A stretch of DNA of 63,990 bases, the filler included. It is 3 parts of 3 records of this genome, joined end to end, with 100 filler letters (N's around TTAATTAATTAA, not from the genome) between each part and the next. Parts side by side here need not be neighbours in the genome. Positions count along the whole stretch, not along the records: positions 28,399 to 44,522 come from SRR20825010_2230; positions 44,623 to 63,990 come from SRR20825010_2244; 1 more part is not named here. One strand, 5' to 3'. Numbering within the stretch: the first letter of the stretch is position 1; the number at the start of each line of letters is the position of its first letter. The notes below the pieces were generated by a model. That model made no database searches. It was not told the DNA's origin and was given only the letters and a program-made list of their open reading frames with translations. This document shows positions 37,476-47,295 of the stretch, one piece after another. The position numbers and the translations under genes were made by a program.

Positions 37476-38279
37476 CTATAATTTGTTTTCAATAGCCTTT
37501 CTTACGCTTCCATACTTAGCAAGTAATTCTTCCGCTTCTTGGTAGTTGATGTGCAAAGCTTCTTGGATCATTTTAACCCCTCGATCAACTAGTTTGTTGT
37601 TACTGAGTTGCATATCAACCATTCGATTCCCTTTAATATGCCCCAATTTGATCATTAGCGATGTGCTGATCATGTTTAGAATGAGTTTCTGAGCTGTTCC
37701 AGACTTCATGCGCGTGCTTCCTGTCACGAATTCTGGGCCAACGACTGCTGTCATTGGAAACTGCGCCAGTTGTTCTATTGGCGAGCCTGGGTTACAGGAG
37801 ATCGAACCAGTAAGAACGCCGAATTCATTTGCTGCTTTGAGTGCTCCAATAACGTATGGTGTCGTTCCCGAAGCCGCGATTCCTACCAAGGTATCGTTTG
37901 CAGTGATTTGGTGATTCGTCAAATCTTTCCATCCCTGTTCCGTATCGTCTTCTGCGAATTCAACCGCTTTTCGGATGGCGTAATCTCCACCGGCAATAAT
38001 CCCTACAACAACTCCGTGGTCAACACCAAAAGTAGGTGGACATTCGCTGGCATCAATAATTCCAAGTCTACCACTCGTTCCTGCACCGATGTAGAAGATC
38101 CGACCACCGTTTTTCATTCGTTCGTAGCAAGCTTCGATAAATAACTCTATTTCTGGGATTATTTTCTCTATGGCTTGAGCAACTGTATTGTCTTCTTGGT
38201 TGATTCCCTTGAGAAGCTCAAGAGTTGACATTTGCTCCAAATGATCGTGATTTGAACTGGATTCTGTAATTCGTTCCAT
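37476..38279 (-). CDS. murQ: N-acetylmuramic acid 6-phosphate etherase
   Basis: GAGTSGRLG, DASECPPTFG, AASGTTPY, GPEFVTGSTRMKSGTAQK, N.KL.DR. Confidence 0.96.
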   Translation of the reverse strand: MERITESSSNHDHLEQMSTLELLKGINQEDNTVAQAIEKIIPEIELFIEACYERMKNGGRIFYIGAGTSGRLGIIDASECPPTFGVDHGVVVGIIAGGDYAIRKAVEFAEDDTEQGWKDLTNHQITANDTLVGIAASGTTPYVIGALKAANEFGVLTGSISCNPGSPIEQLAQFPMTAVVGPEFVTGSTRMKSGTAQKLILNMISTSLMIKLGHIKGNRMVDMQLSNNKLVDRGVKMIQEALHINYQEAEELLAKYGSVRKAIENKL

Positions 38280-38773
38280 TAGATCAGGTACGCTTTTTCG
38301 TTATTAGCTGATAAGTCGATTTCCACACGTTCTTTGAGTGTTGTAGAGAGACTAATCCCTACGAAATCTGCTTTAATTGGGAAGCGACGGTGCTTTCTAT
38401 CGACCAAGGCTACCGTTTTTATAGCTTTTGTTGGGAATTTTAAGAACTCGACCAACGAATATTGCATCGTTTTTCCTGAGTTCAGAACGTCGTCTACAAG
38501 AAAAATGTAGGCGTTTTTAAGAGATTCATTCGGGATGGATAGAACAACTTTCTCTGACCACGGCTCACTTTTATTAATATCTATTGTGAACACGTGAGCT
38601 TCTATTGACGAATTGGATCGAATAATTTCCCCAAGCTGATTTGCTAAAATGGCTCCGTTGCCTTGGATTCCGCCAATGAAAATTTGGTTTTCTTCAAAGC
38701 AGTTCTCAATAATTTGATGGGCGAGACGCTCTGTTTTTTGATGAATTTCTCTACTTGATAAAATGTTCTGCAT
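38279..38773 (-). CDS. PyrR-like phosphoribosyltransferase family protein
   Basis: RLAHQIIE, LVDDVLNSGKT, LVDRKHRRFPIKADFVG. Confidence 0.8.
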   Translation of the reverse strand: MQNILSSREIHQKTERLAHQIIENCFEENQIFIGGIQGNGAILANQLGEIIRSNSSIEAHVFTIDINKSEPWSEKVVLSIPNESLKNAYIFLVDDVLNSGKTMQYSLVEFLKFPTKAIKTVALVDRKHRRFPIKADFVGISLSTTLKERVEIDLSANNEKAYLI

Positions 38774-38847
38774 GAATTCTTCAATATGTGTGTCTGCTAA
38801 ATTAGTTCAAACGCTGGAAATTATGTCAATTTCACACCAATTTTAGC

Positions 38848-40617
38848 CTATTTGGAGCTAAATTCTTCAACGGTGAGTGTAAAATCTTCAATTACAAAGG
38901 ATTTTCCTTCTGGGTTGTAGATGTACATTCCAATTTGATTGTATGCTCTCCAGCCGTTATCACAATAGGCTTGCTCTATAATTAGGTCTTTCGAATGCGA
39001 AGCTCCTTCTTTGAAGTATTCGTAAAGCGAATTCGCTGTATAATAGCGTTCTTGCGAATTGGTGTCAACTGCATCCATTACAAAATAGACATTCTTGAAA
39101 TCACTTTGATCTTGCAGTTTTTTTCGGACTTTGAGTGTGAAATAATAGCATTTTGAGTTTTTGTCTTTCGGTAGGGTGAATGTTGTCGTAAATCCAAATT
39201 GAGTTGCAGTATCAAACGTATATGGAGCGTTGGAATTGGTATTTAGTTTCCATTCTTTTGTCTTTTTACCAAATGGAGCTACTTCGCGATTAAAAGCAAA
39301 TTCGCCTTCGTGAATTCTATCAATCTTACCAATTGATCTAAAGTAAGTTTCGGCGGTAAAACGATGCGGAATAATGCCTTTTTCTAACTGAATTAAGCGT
39401 GTAGACATAAATAGAATGAGAATAGTTACAATTGAATAACTCATCCAGCTATACTTAAAGTGTTGAATTAAGTAAGCGATTAAAAATGATAGTATAACAA
39501 TATGTTCTGTAAACATTCTGTTCCCAAAGAAACCACCGAAATCCCAGCTCCACCATGCGCCAATCAACAAGCTAATGATGAGGAAGTATCCCAGCCACGC
39601 TAAGACACGAAATTTATCCTTGGTAAATAAATAAATACAGCCAAAAATCGCCAGAAATGCAATAGGAGTATGAATGAAGAAGCCGGTTCGGAAGCTGAAC
39701 AATACTTGCCAAATTTTCGGATGAAAGAAATTAAATCCTTCTCCCTGATACGACCAGTTTAACAGGTTTCCAGACTGAAGGTAATTGAAAATGAAAATAG
39801 GGGAGATCCCAAGGAGAAAAGAAGCTATAATCCACACAAAATGTTGATTCTTCCTATTGAAAACAGTGTTAAAAAACAATTTGTTGCCTTTTAATGATCC
39901 AATAATAAAAGGGAGAGCCAGAAATACCAAAATGTTGACAGGTCGCACCATGACGATTAGACCAAAAACAAGCCCCGCTAGAATCGATTTCTTACGAGTT
40001 GCGTTCACTTGGTAGCTCTTGACTGTGCAAGCAAACAATGCAAAGAGAAAAAAGGAATAATGATGCGATAAACTTGGCGTAAACACGATCTGATAAAAAA
40101 GTGTTGTCCCGAAGAACAAAGCAAATGAAGTAATGATCGCGGTTTTCTTGTTGATTCCAGAGAGCATTAAGTATTTCCTCAGAAAATAAAACCCAAGAAT
40201 GCCATAGATTAACGATCCGAACTGAAAAAAATAGTAAAAGATGGATGAATATCCAGTAATCGTGGCGCTTGATTCAGAAGAAAGTAAGTAAGCTGCTCCG
40301 AAGAAAGGAGACTGAAGAATCGCTACTCCAGGATAATATTTATTAATTGTCTTTCCATCTTGATTCTTGAGCAAGTAAAACGGCTTTGGACGGAGTTTGG
40401 TGCTATTTTCTTCCGCGAGGGCTGTAGATTTAAAACTTAAGTCTTTTTGAATAAACACAGCAGGCAAGAAAGCATAGTAGCCTGTTCCGTCTGATTGAAT
40501 AATTTTATCCTCCGAATTAGGATCTTGCCACTGAATGCCTATCATCAGCGTTAGCAAGATGCCAGTAAGTACAATTTCGGGAAGCAGTCTTCGGAGTAGA
40601 TTAGCCACTTGTTTCAA
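38848..40617 (-). CDS. Polytopic membrane protein, probable GT-C glycosyltransferase
   Basis: SDGTGYY loop, KYYPG.AIL..PF, many TM helices, VRP.N, WW.W..GG.FG.R; soluble C-terminal domain. Confidence 0.65.
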   Translation of the reverse strand: MKQVANLLRRLLPEIVLTGILLTLMIGIQWQDPNSEDKIIQSDGTGYYAFLPAVFIQKDLSFKSTALAEENSTKLRPKPFYLLKNQDGKTINKYYPGVAILQSPFFGAAYLLSSESSATITGYSSIFYYFFQFGSLIYGILGFYFLRKYLMLSGINKKTAIITSFALFFGTTLFYQIVFTPSLSHHYSFFLFALFACTVKSYQVNATRKKSILAGLVFGLIVMVRPVNILVFLALPFIIGSLKGNKLFFNTVFNRKNQHFVWIIASFLLGISPIFIFNYLQSGNLLNWSYQGEGFNFFHPKIWQVLFSFRTGFFIHTPIAFLAIFGCIYLFTKDKFRVLAWLGYFLIISLLIGAWWSWDFGGFFGNRMFTEHIVILSFLIAYLIQHFKYSWMSYSIVTILILFMSTRLIQLEKGIIPHRFTAETYFRSIGKIDRIHEGEFAFNREVAPFGKKTKEWKLNTNSNAPYTFDTATQFGFTTTFTLPKDKNSKCYYFTLKVRKKLQDQSDFKNVYFVMDAVDTNSQERYYTANSLYEYFKEGASHSKDLIIEQAYCDNGWRAYNQIGMYIYNPEGKSFVIEDFTLTVEEFSSK

Positions 40618-40849
40618 TGTTCAATGAACTACAAATATAACAGTGCTGATAAAACCATGGTTCTTAACTAAATCGTTTTGTATTTAATTCCGCTCCGTTA
40701 TCCTTGATTTATACGGCTTTGATTGGCTTATTATTCCGATTGTTTAAAAGAAGTGAAAAAATGCAGGGCGAGAACCCTATTTTTTAGCTAAATTTGCGCT
40801 CAATTTGTCGCCAATAATGGTGCATGTTGAACCCTCAAAGCGCATAAAA

Positions 40850-43666
40850 ATGCCAAAAGACAACGCGATTAAGTCCGTATTGATTATCGGAAGCGGACCA
40901 ATTGTAATCGGACAAGCCTGTGAGTTTGATTATTCAGGATCACAAGCGTCAAGATCTCTCAGAGAAGAAGGAATTGAAGTAACGCTGATCAATTCGAACC
41001 CAGCGACGATCATGACAGATAAAGTTGTGGCGGATAATATTTATCTCAAGCCACTTGAACCTGCAAGTATTCGTGAAATTCTCGAAAACCATAAAATTGA
41101 TGCTGTTTTGCCTACCATGGGTGGACAAACGGCACTTAATCTCGCTATCAAATGCGATGAGATGGGGTTGTGGGAAGAGTTTGGTGTGAAAATCATCGGA
41201 GTTGATATCAATGCTATCGAAATTACTGAAAACCGTGAGGCTTTTAGAAATTTGATGGAGGAAATTGGTGTTGCAATGGCACCACAGAAATCAGCTACTT
41301 CATTCTTACAAGGAAAGGAAATTGCTCAAGAGTTCGGTTTCCCGTTGTGTGTTAGAGCCTCATATACCCTTGGAGGTGCAGGAGCTTCAATTGTACACGA
41401 CCCACTTGAGTTCGATAATCACCTAGAGAACGGATTGAAAATCTCTCCAATTCACGAAGTAATGATCGACAAAGCCTTACTCGGGTGGAAAGAGTACGAG
41501 CTTGAATTGTTGCGTGATGCGAACGACAACGTTGTGATCATCTGTTCGATAGAGAATTTTGATCCAATGGGAATTCACACGGGAGATTCTATCACCGTTG
41601 CACCAGCAATGACGCTTTCTGACACGACTTACCAAAAAATGAGAGATATGGCCATCCACATGATGCGCTCTATCGGAAATTTTGCGGGAGGATGTAACGT
41701 TCAGTTTGCTGTTTCTCCTGATGATAACGAAGATATTATTGCCATCGAGATCAACCCAAGGGTTTCACGATCTTCTGCTTTAGCATCAAAAGCAACGGGG
41801 TATCCGATTGCTAAAATTGCTGCAAAACTGGCAATTGGTTATCATTTAGATGAATTAAAAAATCAAATTACAAAGACAACATCTGCTCTTTTTGAACCGA
41901 CGTTGGACTATGTAATCGTAAAAATTCCGCGTTGGAACTTTAATAAATTCCCAGGGACAAACCGTGAGCTTGGGCTCCAAATGAAATCGGTGGGAGAAGT
42001 AATGGCGATTGGGCGTTCGTTTCAAGAAGCATTGCAAAAAGCATGTCAATCACTTGAGATTGGACGAAATGGCCTTGGAGCTGACGGAAAGGAATTAACA
42101 AGTCAAAACGAAATTCTTGAAAGTCTAGCGAAACCAAGCTGGAACCGTTTATTCCATATTTACGATGCAATTAAATTGGGAATTCCATTTAAAAGAATCG
42201 TGGAAATAACTAAAATCGACATCTGGTTCTTAAAGCAGATTGAAGATTTAATTCACCTTGAACGACGCGTTGAAAAGTTTCAATTAGATAGTATTCCAAA
42301 AGAATTACTTTTTGAAACAAAACAAAAAGGATACGCAGATAGACAAGTAGCTCATTTATTGAAATGCTTAGAATCTGAAGTATATAAGAAACGTGAAGAA
42401 ATGGGCATTCAGCGTGTTTACAAATTAGTAGATACCTGTGCCGCTGAGTTTGAAGCGTTAACGCCTTATTACTATTCGACGTTTGAATACGAGAATGAAA
42501 GTCCCGTTTCAGACCGTAAAAAAGTAGTAGTACTTGGTTCTGGTCCAAATAGAATCGGGCAAGGAATTGAATTTGATTATAGTTGTGTGCATGGTGTTCT
42601 GGCCGCGAAAGAGTGTGGTTACGAAACGATAATGATCAATTGTAATCCAGAAACGGTTTCTACGGACTTCGATACTGCTGATAAATTATACTTCGAGCCT
42701 GTTTTCTGGGAACATATCTACGATATCATTCGTCACGAGAAGCCAGAGGGCGTGATTGTTCAATTGGGAGGTCAAACTGCCTTGAAACTCGCGGAGAAGT
42801 TAGAGCGATATGGAATCAAAATATTTGGAACAAGCTTCGAAGCGCTAGATTTAGCGGAAGATAGAGGTCGATTCTCTAAAGTTTTGGAACGAAATAATAT
42901 TCCTTTTCCTAAGTACGGTGTTGTAGAAAGTGCTGAGCAAGCTCTAGAACTCGCTGATGAATTAGGTTTTCCATTATTGGTTCGTCCATCGTATGTTTTG
43001 GGTGGACAGAAGATGAAAATCGTCATCAATAAAAACGAATTGGAGCATCATGTTGTAGATATCTTGAACGAAATGGGAGAGAATCAGATCTTGCTTGATC
43101 ACTTCATTGGTGGAGCGATTGAAGCGGAAGCAGATGCTATTTGTGACGGAAAGGATGTGTATATTATTGGTGTAATGCAGCACATCGAACCAGCTGGAAT
43201 TCACTCAGGTGATTCTTATGCGGTTCTTCCTCCATACAATTTGGGAGATTTGGTGATGCAGCAGATCATTGATATCACAAATAAGATTGCCGTTGAATTG
43301 AAAACCGTTGGATTGATCAACATTCAGTTCGCGATTAAGGATGATAAAGTATACGTAATTGAAGCGAACCCTAGAGCATCTAGAACGGTTCCTTTTATTG
43401 CGAAAGCGTACGATGAGCCTTATGTGAATTACGCTACGAAAGTTATGTTGGGTCACAGTAAGGTAAAGGACTTTAATTTCCAACCAAAACGTAACGGTTA
43501 CGCTATTAAAATCCCTGTATTCTCCTACGAGAAATTCCCGGATGTGAAAAAAGAGCTTGGTCCTGAAATGAAATCTACTGGTGAGGCGATTCGTTTCATT
43601 AAGGATTTGAAGGATCCATTTTTCTTTGAGATTTATTCTGAACGAAATATGCACTTATCGCGTTAA
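40850..43666 (+). CDS. carB: Carbamoyl-phosphate synthase large subunit (short form, no MGS domain)
   Basis: GSGPIVIGQACEFDYSG, two ATP-grasp halves, GSGPNRIGQGIEFDY; ends shortly after LGPEMKSTGE; start taken as MPK at 40850. Confidence 0.96.
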   Translation: MPKDNAIKSVLIIGSGPIVIGQACEFDYSGSQASRSLREEGIEVTLINSNPATIMTDKVVADNIYLKPLEPASIREILENHKIDAVLPTMGGQTALNLAIKCDEMGLWEEFGVKIIGVDINAIEITENREAFRNLMEEIGVAMAPQKSATSFLQGKEIAQEFGFPLCVRASYTLGGAGASIVHDPLEFDNHLENGLKISPIHEVMIDKALLGWKEYELELLRDANDNVVIICSIENFDPMGIHTGDSITVAPAMTLSDTTYQKMRDMAIHMMRSIGNFAGGCNVQFAVSPDDNEDIIAIEINPRVSRSSALASKATGYPIAKIAAKLAIGYHLDELKNQITKTTSALFEPTLDYVIVKIPRWNFNKFPGTNRELGLQMKSVGEVMAIGRSFQEALQKACQSLEIGRNGLGADGKELTSQNEILESLAKPSWNRLFHIYDAIKLGIPFKRIVEITKIDIWFLKQIEDLIHLERRVEKFQLDSIPKELLFETKQKGYADRQVAHLLKCLESEVYKKREEMGIQRVYKLVDTCAAEFEALTPYYYSTFEYENESPVSDRKKVVVLGSGPNRIGQGIEFDYSCVHGVLAAKECGYETIMINCNPETVSTDFDTADKLYFEPVFWEHIYDIIRHEKPEGVIVQLGGQTALKLAEKLERYGIKIFGTSFEALDLAEDRGRFSKVLERNNIPFPKYGVVESAEQALELADELGFPLLVRPSYVLGGQKMKIVINKNELEHHVVDILNEMGENQILLDHFIGGAIEAEADAICDGKDVYIIGVMQHIEPAGIHSGDSYAVLPPYNLGDLVMQQIIDITNKIAVELKTVGLINIQFAIKDDKVYVIEANPRASRTVPFIAKAYDEPYVNYATKVMLGHSKVKDFNFQPKRNGYAIKIPVFSYEKFPDVKKELGPEMKSTGEAIRFIKDLKDPFFFEIYSERNMHLSR

Positions 43667-43914
43667 TGTTTTTTCTTCTAAGCATTACTGGATTATTCAA
43701 AATGATACTGATTATACTCGGAGCAGTTGTGCTGCTCCGATTTATCGGTCAATTTATGAATGCGAAGCGTAATATGGAGGAGGAACGAATGCTCAATGAG
43801 CGTGAACGTAAGCTCAAACAAGAAAGAGAGCGCAAGCAGAAGAATTTGGGTAAGACGCAGATTCTTTCAAGAAATGCAGACGGTGAGGATGTCGATTTTG
43901 AGGAGGTTGATTAA
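43666..43914 (+). CDS. Small membrane-anchored protein (DUF4834-like)
   Basis: N-terminal TM, coiled coil, C-terminal GEDVDFEEVD. Confidence 0.7.
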   Translation: MFFLLSITGLFKMILIILGAVVLLRFIGQFMNAKRNMEEERMLNERERKLKQERERKQKNLGKTQILSRNADGEDVDFEEVD

Positions 43915-43940
43915 TCAGCTTTTCTAAATTAATCGATTCC

Positions 43941-44432
43941 ATGATTTCCAAAAACATAGAATTTATTGCTTCTTTTTTACTCGGGTTGATTGTGACATAT
44001 TTCATGTATCATTTAGCGAGTGACTTTGTCCATTTCGTTGATCGCGGAATCTTTGATCTTTTTGATGCCATAATGGGAAGGTGGTTTCTTCAACACATTA
44101 TTTTCGCTCTCTCGATTGGAATTATTCCCGTTGTTTCTTTCATTGCCTGGAGTATCCGCAAGAAAAAAAATAAGGGCACAATACTCAAATACTATTTACT
44201 CGGCTACTTCATACAGTGCGGGTCAATAGTAGCTTCGTTCTTTCTACTCGTTTTTTATAATTCTTCGGGGAGAAGTTGGGCTATCCCAATGGTTATTCGA
44301 CAGCCTAGTTTATGGTTTTGGAACTATGTTTTTATTGGGTCTATTTTTCTCGTACTTCTTGTACTTCTGATAATTAGTTACATCAAGAATAATGCGGGAG
44401 ACAGGAATAACCAAGCAGTTATTGATGTGTAA
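43941..44432 (+). CDS. Hypothetical 4-TM membrane protein
   Basis: 163-aa ORF with four hydrophobic segments. Confidence 0.65.
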   Translation: MISKNIEFIASFLLGLIVTYFMYHLASDFVHFVDRGIFDLFDAIMGRWFLQHIIFALSIGIIPVVSFIAWSIRKKKNKGTILKYYLLGYFIQCGSIVASFFLLVFYNSSGRSWAIPMVIRQPSLWFWNYVFIGSIFLVLLVLLIISYIKNNAGDRNNQAVIDV

Positions 44433-44522
44433 TTTTTAGTCACGATATTGGTCACCCTCCTCGGTACTCCCATCAACGGAGGATGGTAGAATTTGCTAGC
44501 GGTTTTAACAGAGGATTTATTC

Positions 44523-44622
44523 NNNNNNNNNNNNNNNNNNNNNNNNNNNNNNNNNNNNNNNNNNNNTTAATTAATTAANNNNNNNNNNNNNNNNNNNNNN
44601 NNNNNNNNNNNNNNNNNNNNNN
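44523..44622. other. Artificial contig-joining spacer
   Basis: 44 N + TTAATTAATTAA + 44 N; abrupt rise in GC content downstream. Confidence 0.98.
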
Positions 44623-46326
44623 TTTTTGAATATCGGACACCTTGAAGAAGCGTTTGGCTATCCGGACACGACAGACCTCATCGTCGGCGTTCTCCTGATT
44701 TTTGTGGTGGTTGAAGCAACCCGCGCGGCATGGGGCTGGACCTTGCCCATTGTCAGTGCGGTCTTTGTTCTGTATTTCATCTTCGGCCACTTGCTTCCTG
44801 GCCAGCTATACCATCGACCATTTGAACTCGATTACATCGTTTCTTACTTAAGCATTGGCTTGTCCGGAATATTTGGCTCCTTTCTCAGTATTTCTGCGAA
44901 TCAGGTATTCCTGTTTGTAGTGTTTGGGGCGCTCCTTGGCGTCATCAAAGTCAATGATTTCTTCTTTGAGGCCGGAAAAATTGCTGGGAAAGTTTTTCAG
45001 GGCGGCCCAGGGCAAACAGCGGTGGTGTCCAGCGCCATGGTTGGCATGGTGTCGGGTGCTGCCGTGGCAAACGTTGCGATCACCGGAGCGTTCACCATTC
45101 CCTTTATGAAGAAGGTCGGTTACAAGCCGGAATTTGCGGGTGCCATTGAAGCGGCTGCATCCACAGGCGGGCAATTGATGCCGCCTGTTATGGGGGCTGC
45201 TGCATTTCTGATGGCATCCTTTCTGGGGGTACCTTACGCGGACATCATGTTGGCTGGCATCATTCCGGCGATTTTGTTTTTCTGGGGCATCATGCTTGGC
45301 GTGCAATTTCTGGCGGTTCGGAACAACATACACCCCCCTTCAGAAGTAATCGACTTCAAGTTGCTCATGCGCAGGTTACCGCTGTTCCTTGTGCCGCTCA
45401 GTGTGCTGATTGCCATGCTCTTAATGCAGTACACCCCGGCCATTGCCGCTTTCTGGGCCATCATTTTGTCGATCGCGCTTGCCTATTCAACACGTGACAC
45501 CAGACCCAAGTTCATGGACCTGCTTAAATGCCTTGCAGGTGGAGCACTCATCGGTGCCCAGATCGGGATTTCCCTGGCCGTGGTCGGGCTGATTGCACAA
45601 ACACTGATCACAACAGGACTTGGCACCAAAATTGCCGGCCTTGTCGAAATTATCAGTGGGGGAAATCTGGTAATTGCACTGCTGGTGACAATGATGGTGT
45701 CGATTGTGCTGGGCTGCGGAGTACCTACCAGTGCGGCATACACTTTGGTTGCAATCGTGGTGGTGCCTATTATTGTGAATATGGGCGTTGAACCACTGTC
45801 GGCGCATTTCTTCGCATTCTACTTTGCGGTTATCTCTGCGCTGACACCACCAGTGGCGCTGGCAGCGCTGGCCGGAGCGGGCATTGCCGGGGCAAACTAT
45901 TTCAAGACATCACTTTCCGCCGCAAAACTTGCGATCTCCGGATTCATCATTCCATTTCTGGTGGTGTTTAATCCGGCGTTGATATTAAAGCCCATTAACT
46001 GGATTTCAGCTCTGGGCACCTTCATTGCGGTTCCCCTCAGCATGACCGCGCTGACCGCAGCGCTTTACGGGTGTGGCCTAACAATCTTCACCACGAAGGA
46101 ACGAATTCTGGCAACGGTTACCGCCGCATTGTTGTTCGGATACTCCGTATTCCGCCAAATCGAAGCACTGCCCCTTGAATACCCGATGTTGGCATTAGGC
46201 TGCCTGGGTTTTGTGGTTTTATTGGTCAGCCAAATAAGGTCAAAACGCCTGGCGGGTGGAGAACATCAAGAAAAGGCACAGCATTCCAGTAATCTTGGCT
46301 CGGCCGCATACAACAACAAATTTTAG
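44623..46326 (+). CDS. TRAP transporter fused permease (4TM/12TM, TAXI-type), 5' truncated
   Basis: [62 protein letters not shown]. Confidence 0.9.
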   Translation, partial: FLNIGHLEEAFGYPDTTDLIVGVLLIFVVVEATRAAWGWTLPIVSAVFVLYFIFGHLLPGQLYHRPFELDYIVSYLSIGLSGIFGSFLSISANQVFLFVVFGALLGVIKVNDFFFEAGKIAGKVFQGGPGQTAVVSSAMVGMVSGAAVANVAITGAFTIPFMKKVGYKPEFAGAIEAAASTGGQLMPPVMGAAAFLMASFLGVPYADIMLAGIIPAILFFWGIMLGVQFLAVRNNIHPPSEVIDFKLLMRRLPLFLVPLSVLIAMLLMQYTPAIAAFWAIILSIALAYSTRDTRPKFMDLLKCLAGGALIGAQIGISLAVVGLIAQTLITTGLGTKIAGLVEIISGGNLVIALLVTMMVSIVLGCGVPTSAAYTLVAIVVVPIIVNMGVEPLSAHFFAFYFAVISALTPPVALAALAGAGIAGANYFKTSLSAAKLAISGFIIPFLVVFNPALILKPINWISALGTFIAVPLSMTALTAALYGCGLTIFTTKERILATVTAALLFGYSVFRQIEALPLEYPMLALGCLGFVVLLVSQIRSKRLAGGEHQEKAQHSSNLGSAAYNNKF

Positions 46327-47159
46327 TAAATCGGCGACCCCAAATTCAACTGCTGCAGAATCGTGGTTGAAATTTCTTCGATGGATTTGCTGGTTGAACT
46401 CAACCAGCTAATTCCCTCGCGGCGCATCATGAACTCCGCCGCTTTAATTTCCTGTCTGCAATTTTCAAGCGATGCATATTTGCTACCGGGGCGGCGCTCG
46501 TTGCGAATGACACTCAGCCGTTCTGGCGAAATTGAAAGCCCGAAAATCTTGTCTTTGAACGGGGGCAGGGCAGTTGGCAATTCGCCACGCTCAAAATCTT
46601 CGGGAATCAAAGGGTAGTTCGCCGCCTTGATGCCGTACTGCATGGCCAAATACAAGCTGGTCGGCGTTTTGCCTGAACGTGACACCCCCACCAAAATTAC
46701 ATCGGCAGCCTGCAAGTCTTTGTGGGTTTGCCCGTCGTCGTGCGCCAGGGTGTAGTTGATCGCCTCAATCCGGTTGTTGTACTGCTCGTTGTCGGCAATG
46801 GTGTGGGATCGCCCAATGCGGTGCGTGCTCTTGGCGTTCAACTCCTTTTCCAGCGGCTCTACAAAGGTAAGAAACAGGTCCATGAATACGCCGTTGGCCT
46901 GTTTCACCACATTGTTGATGACGGAATTCACCAAGGTGCTGAACACAATCGGTTTCTGGCCATCGTATTGGGCAATGTCATTGATCCGCTGCCTGGCGGA
47001 AATTGCCTTCACTTCTGAATCAATAAAGGGAATTCGAATCTGCTTGAAACGGATCCCCTCGAATTGTGACAACACTGAATGGCCAAGGGTTTCCGCGGTA
47101 ATACCGGTGCCATCGGACACAAAAACCACCGTGCGTTCCTGGCTAACATTTTCTGACAT
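46323..47159 (-). CDS. ppsR: PEP synthase regulatory protein (kinase/pyrophosphorylase)
   Basis: [39 protein letters not shown]; divergent from ppsA. Confidence 0.93.
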   Translation of the reverse strand: MSENVSQERTVVFVSDGTGITAETLGHSVLSQFEGIRFKQIRIPFIDSEVKAISARQRINDIAQYDGQKPIVFSTLVNSVINNVVKQANGVFMDLFLTFVEPLEKELNAKSTHRIGRSHTIADNEQYNNRIEAINYTLAHDDGQTHKDLQAADVILVGVSRSGKTPTSLYLAMQYGIKAANYPLIPEDFERGELPTALPPFKDKIFGLSISPERLSVIRNERRPGSKYASLENCRQEIKAAEFMMRREGISWLSSTSKSIEEISTTILQQLNLGSPIY

Positions 47160-47295
47160 GAATCAATCCTGTGTGTGTCGGTGGCAAAAGGTCGGGTTGC
47201 AGTTACAATCATAAAAAGAAATCAGGGGAAATAGTCGATGTGTGTGCACCCAAATCGCCGCATTCACTATTTCTTTTGAACTACAAGGTGAATCA

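Noticed and set aside
44450-44490. Imperfect hairpin near the end of contig 2 as a REP or IS end
   Set aside because: Single weak copy at a contig edge; nothing to corroborate it.
44575-44790. 71-aa minus-strand ORF ending in X residues
   Set aside because: Antisense to the TRAP permease and runs into the N spacer; an artefact.
46323-46326. Convergent overlaps TRAP/ppsR (4 nt) and XRE/mnmA (34955-34965)
   Set aside because: Short tail-to-tail overlaps are common and carry no further signal here.
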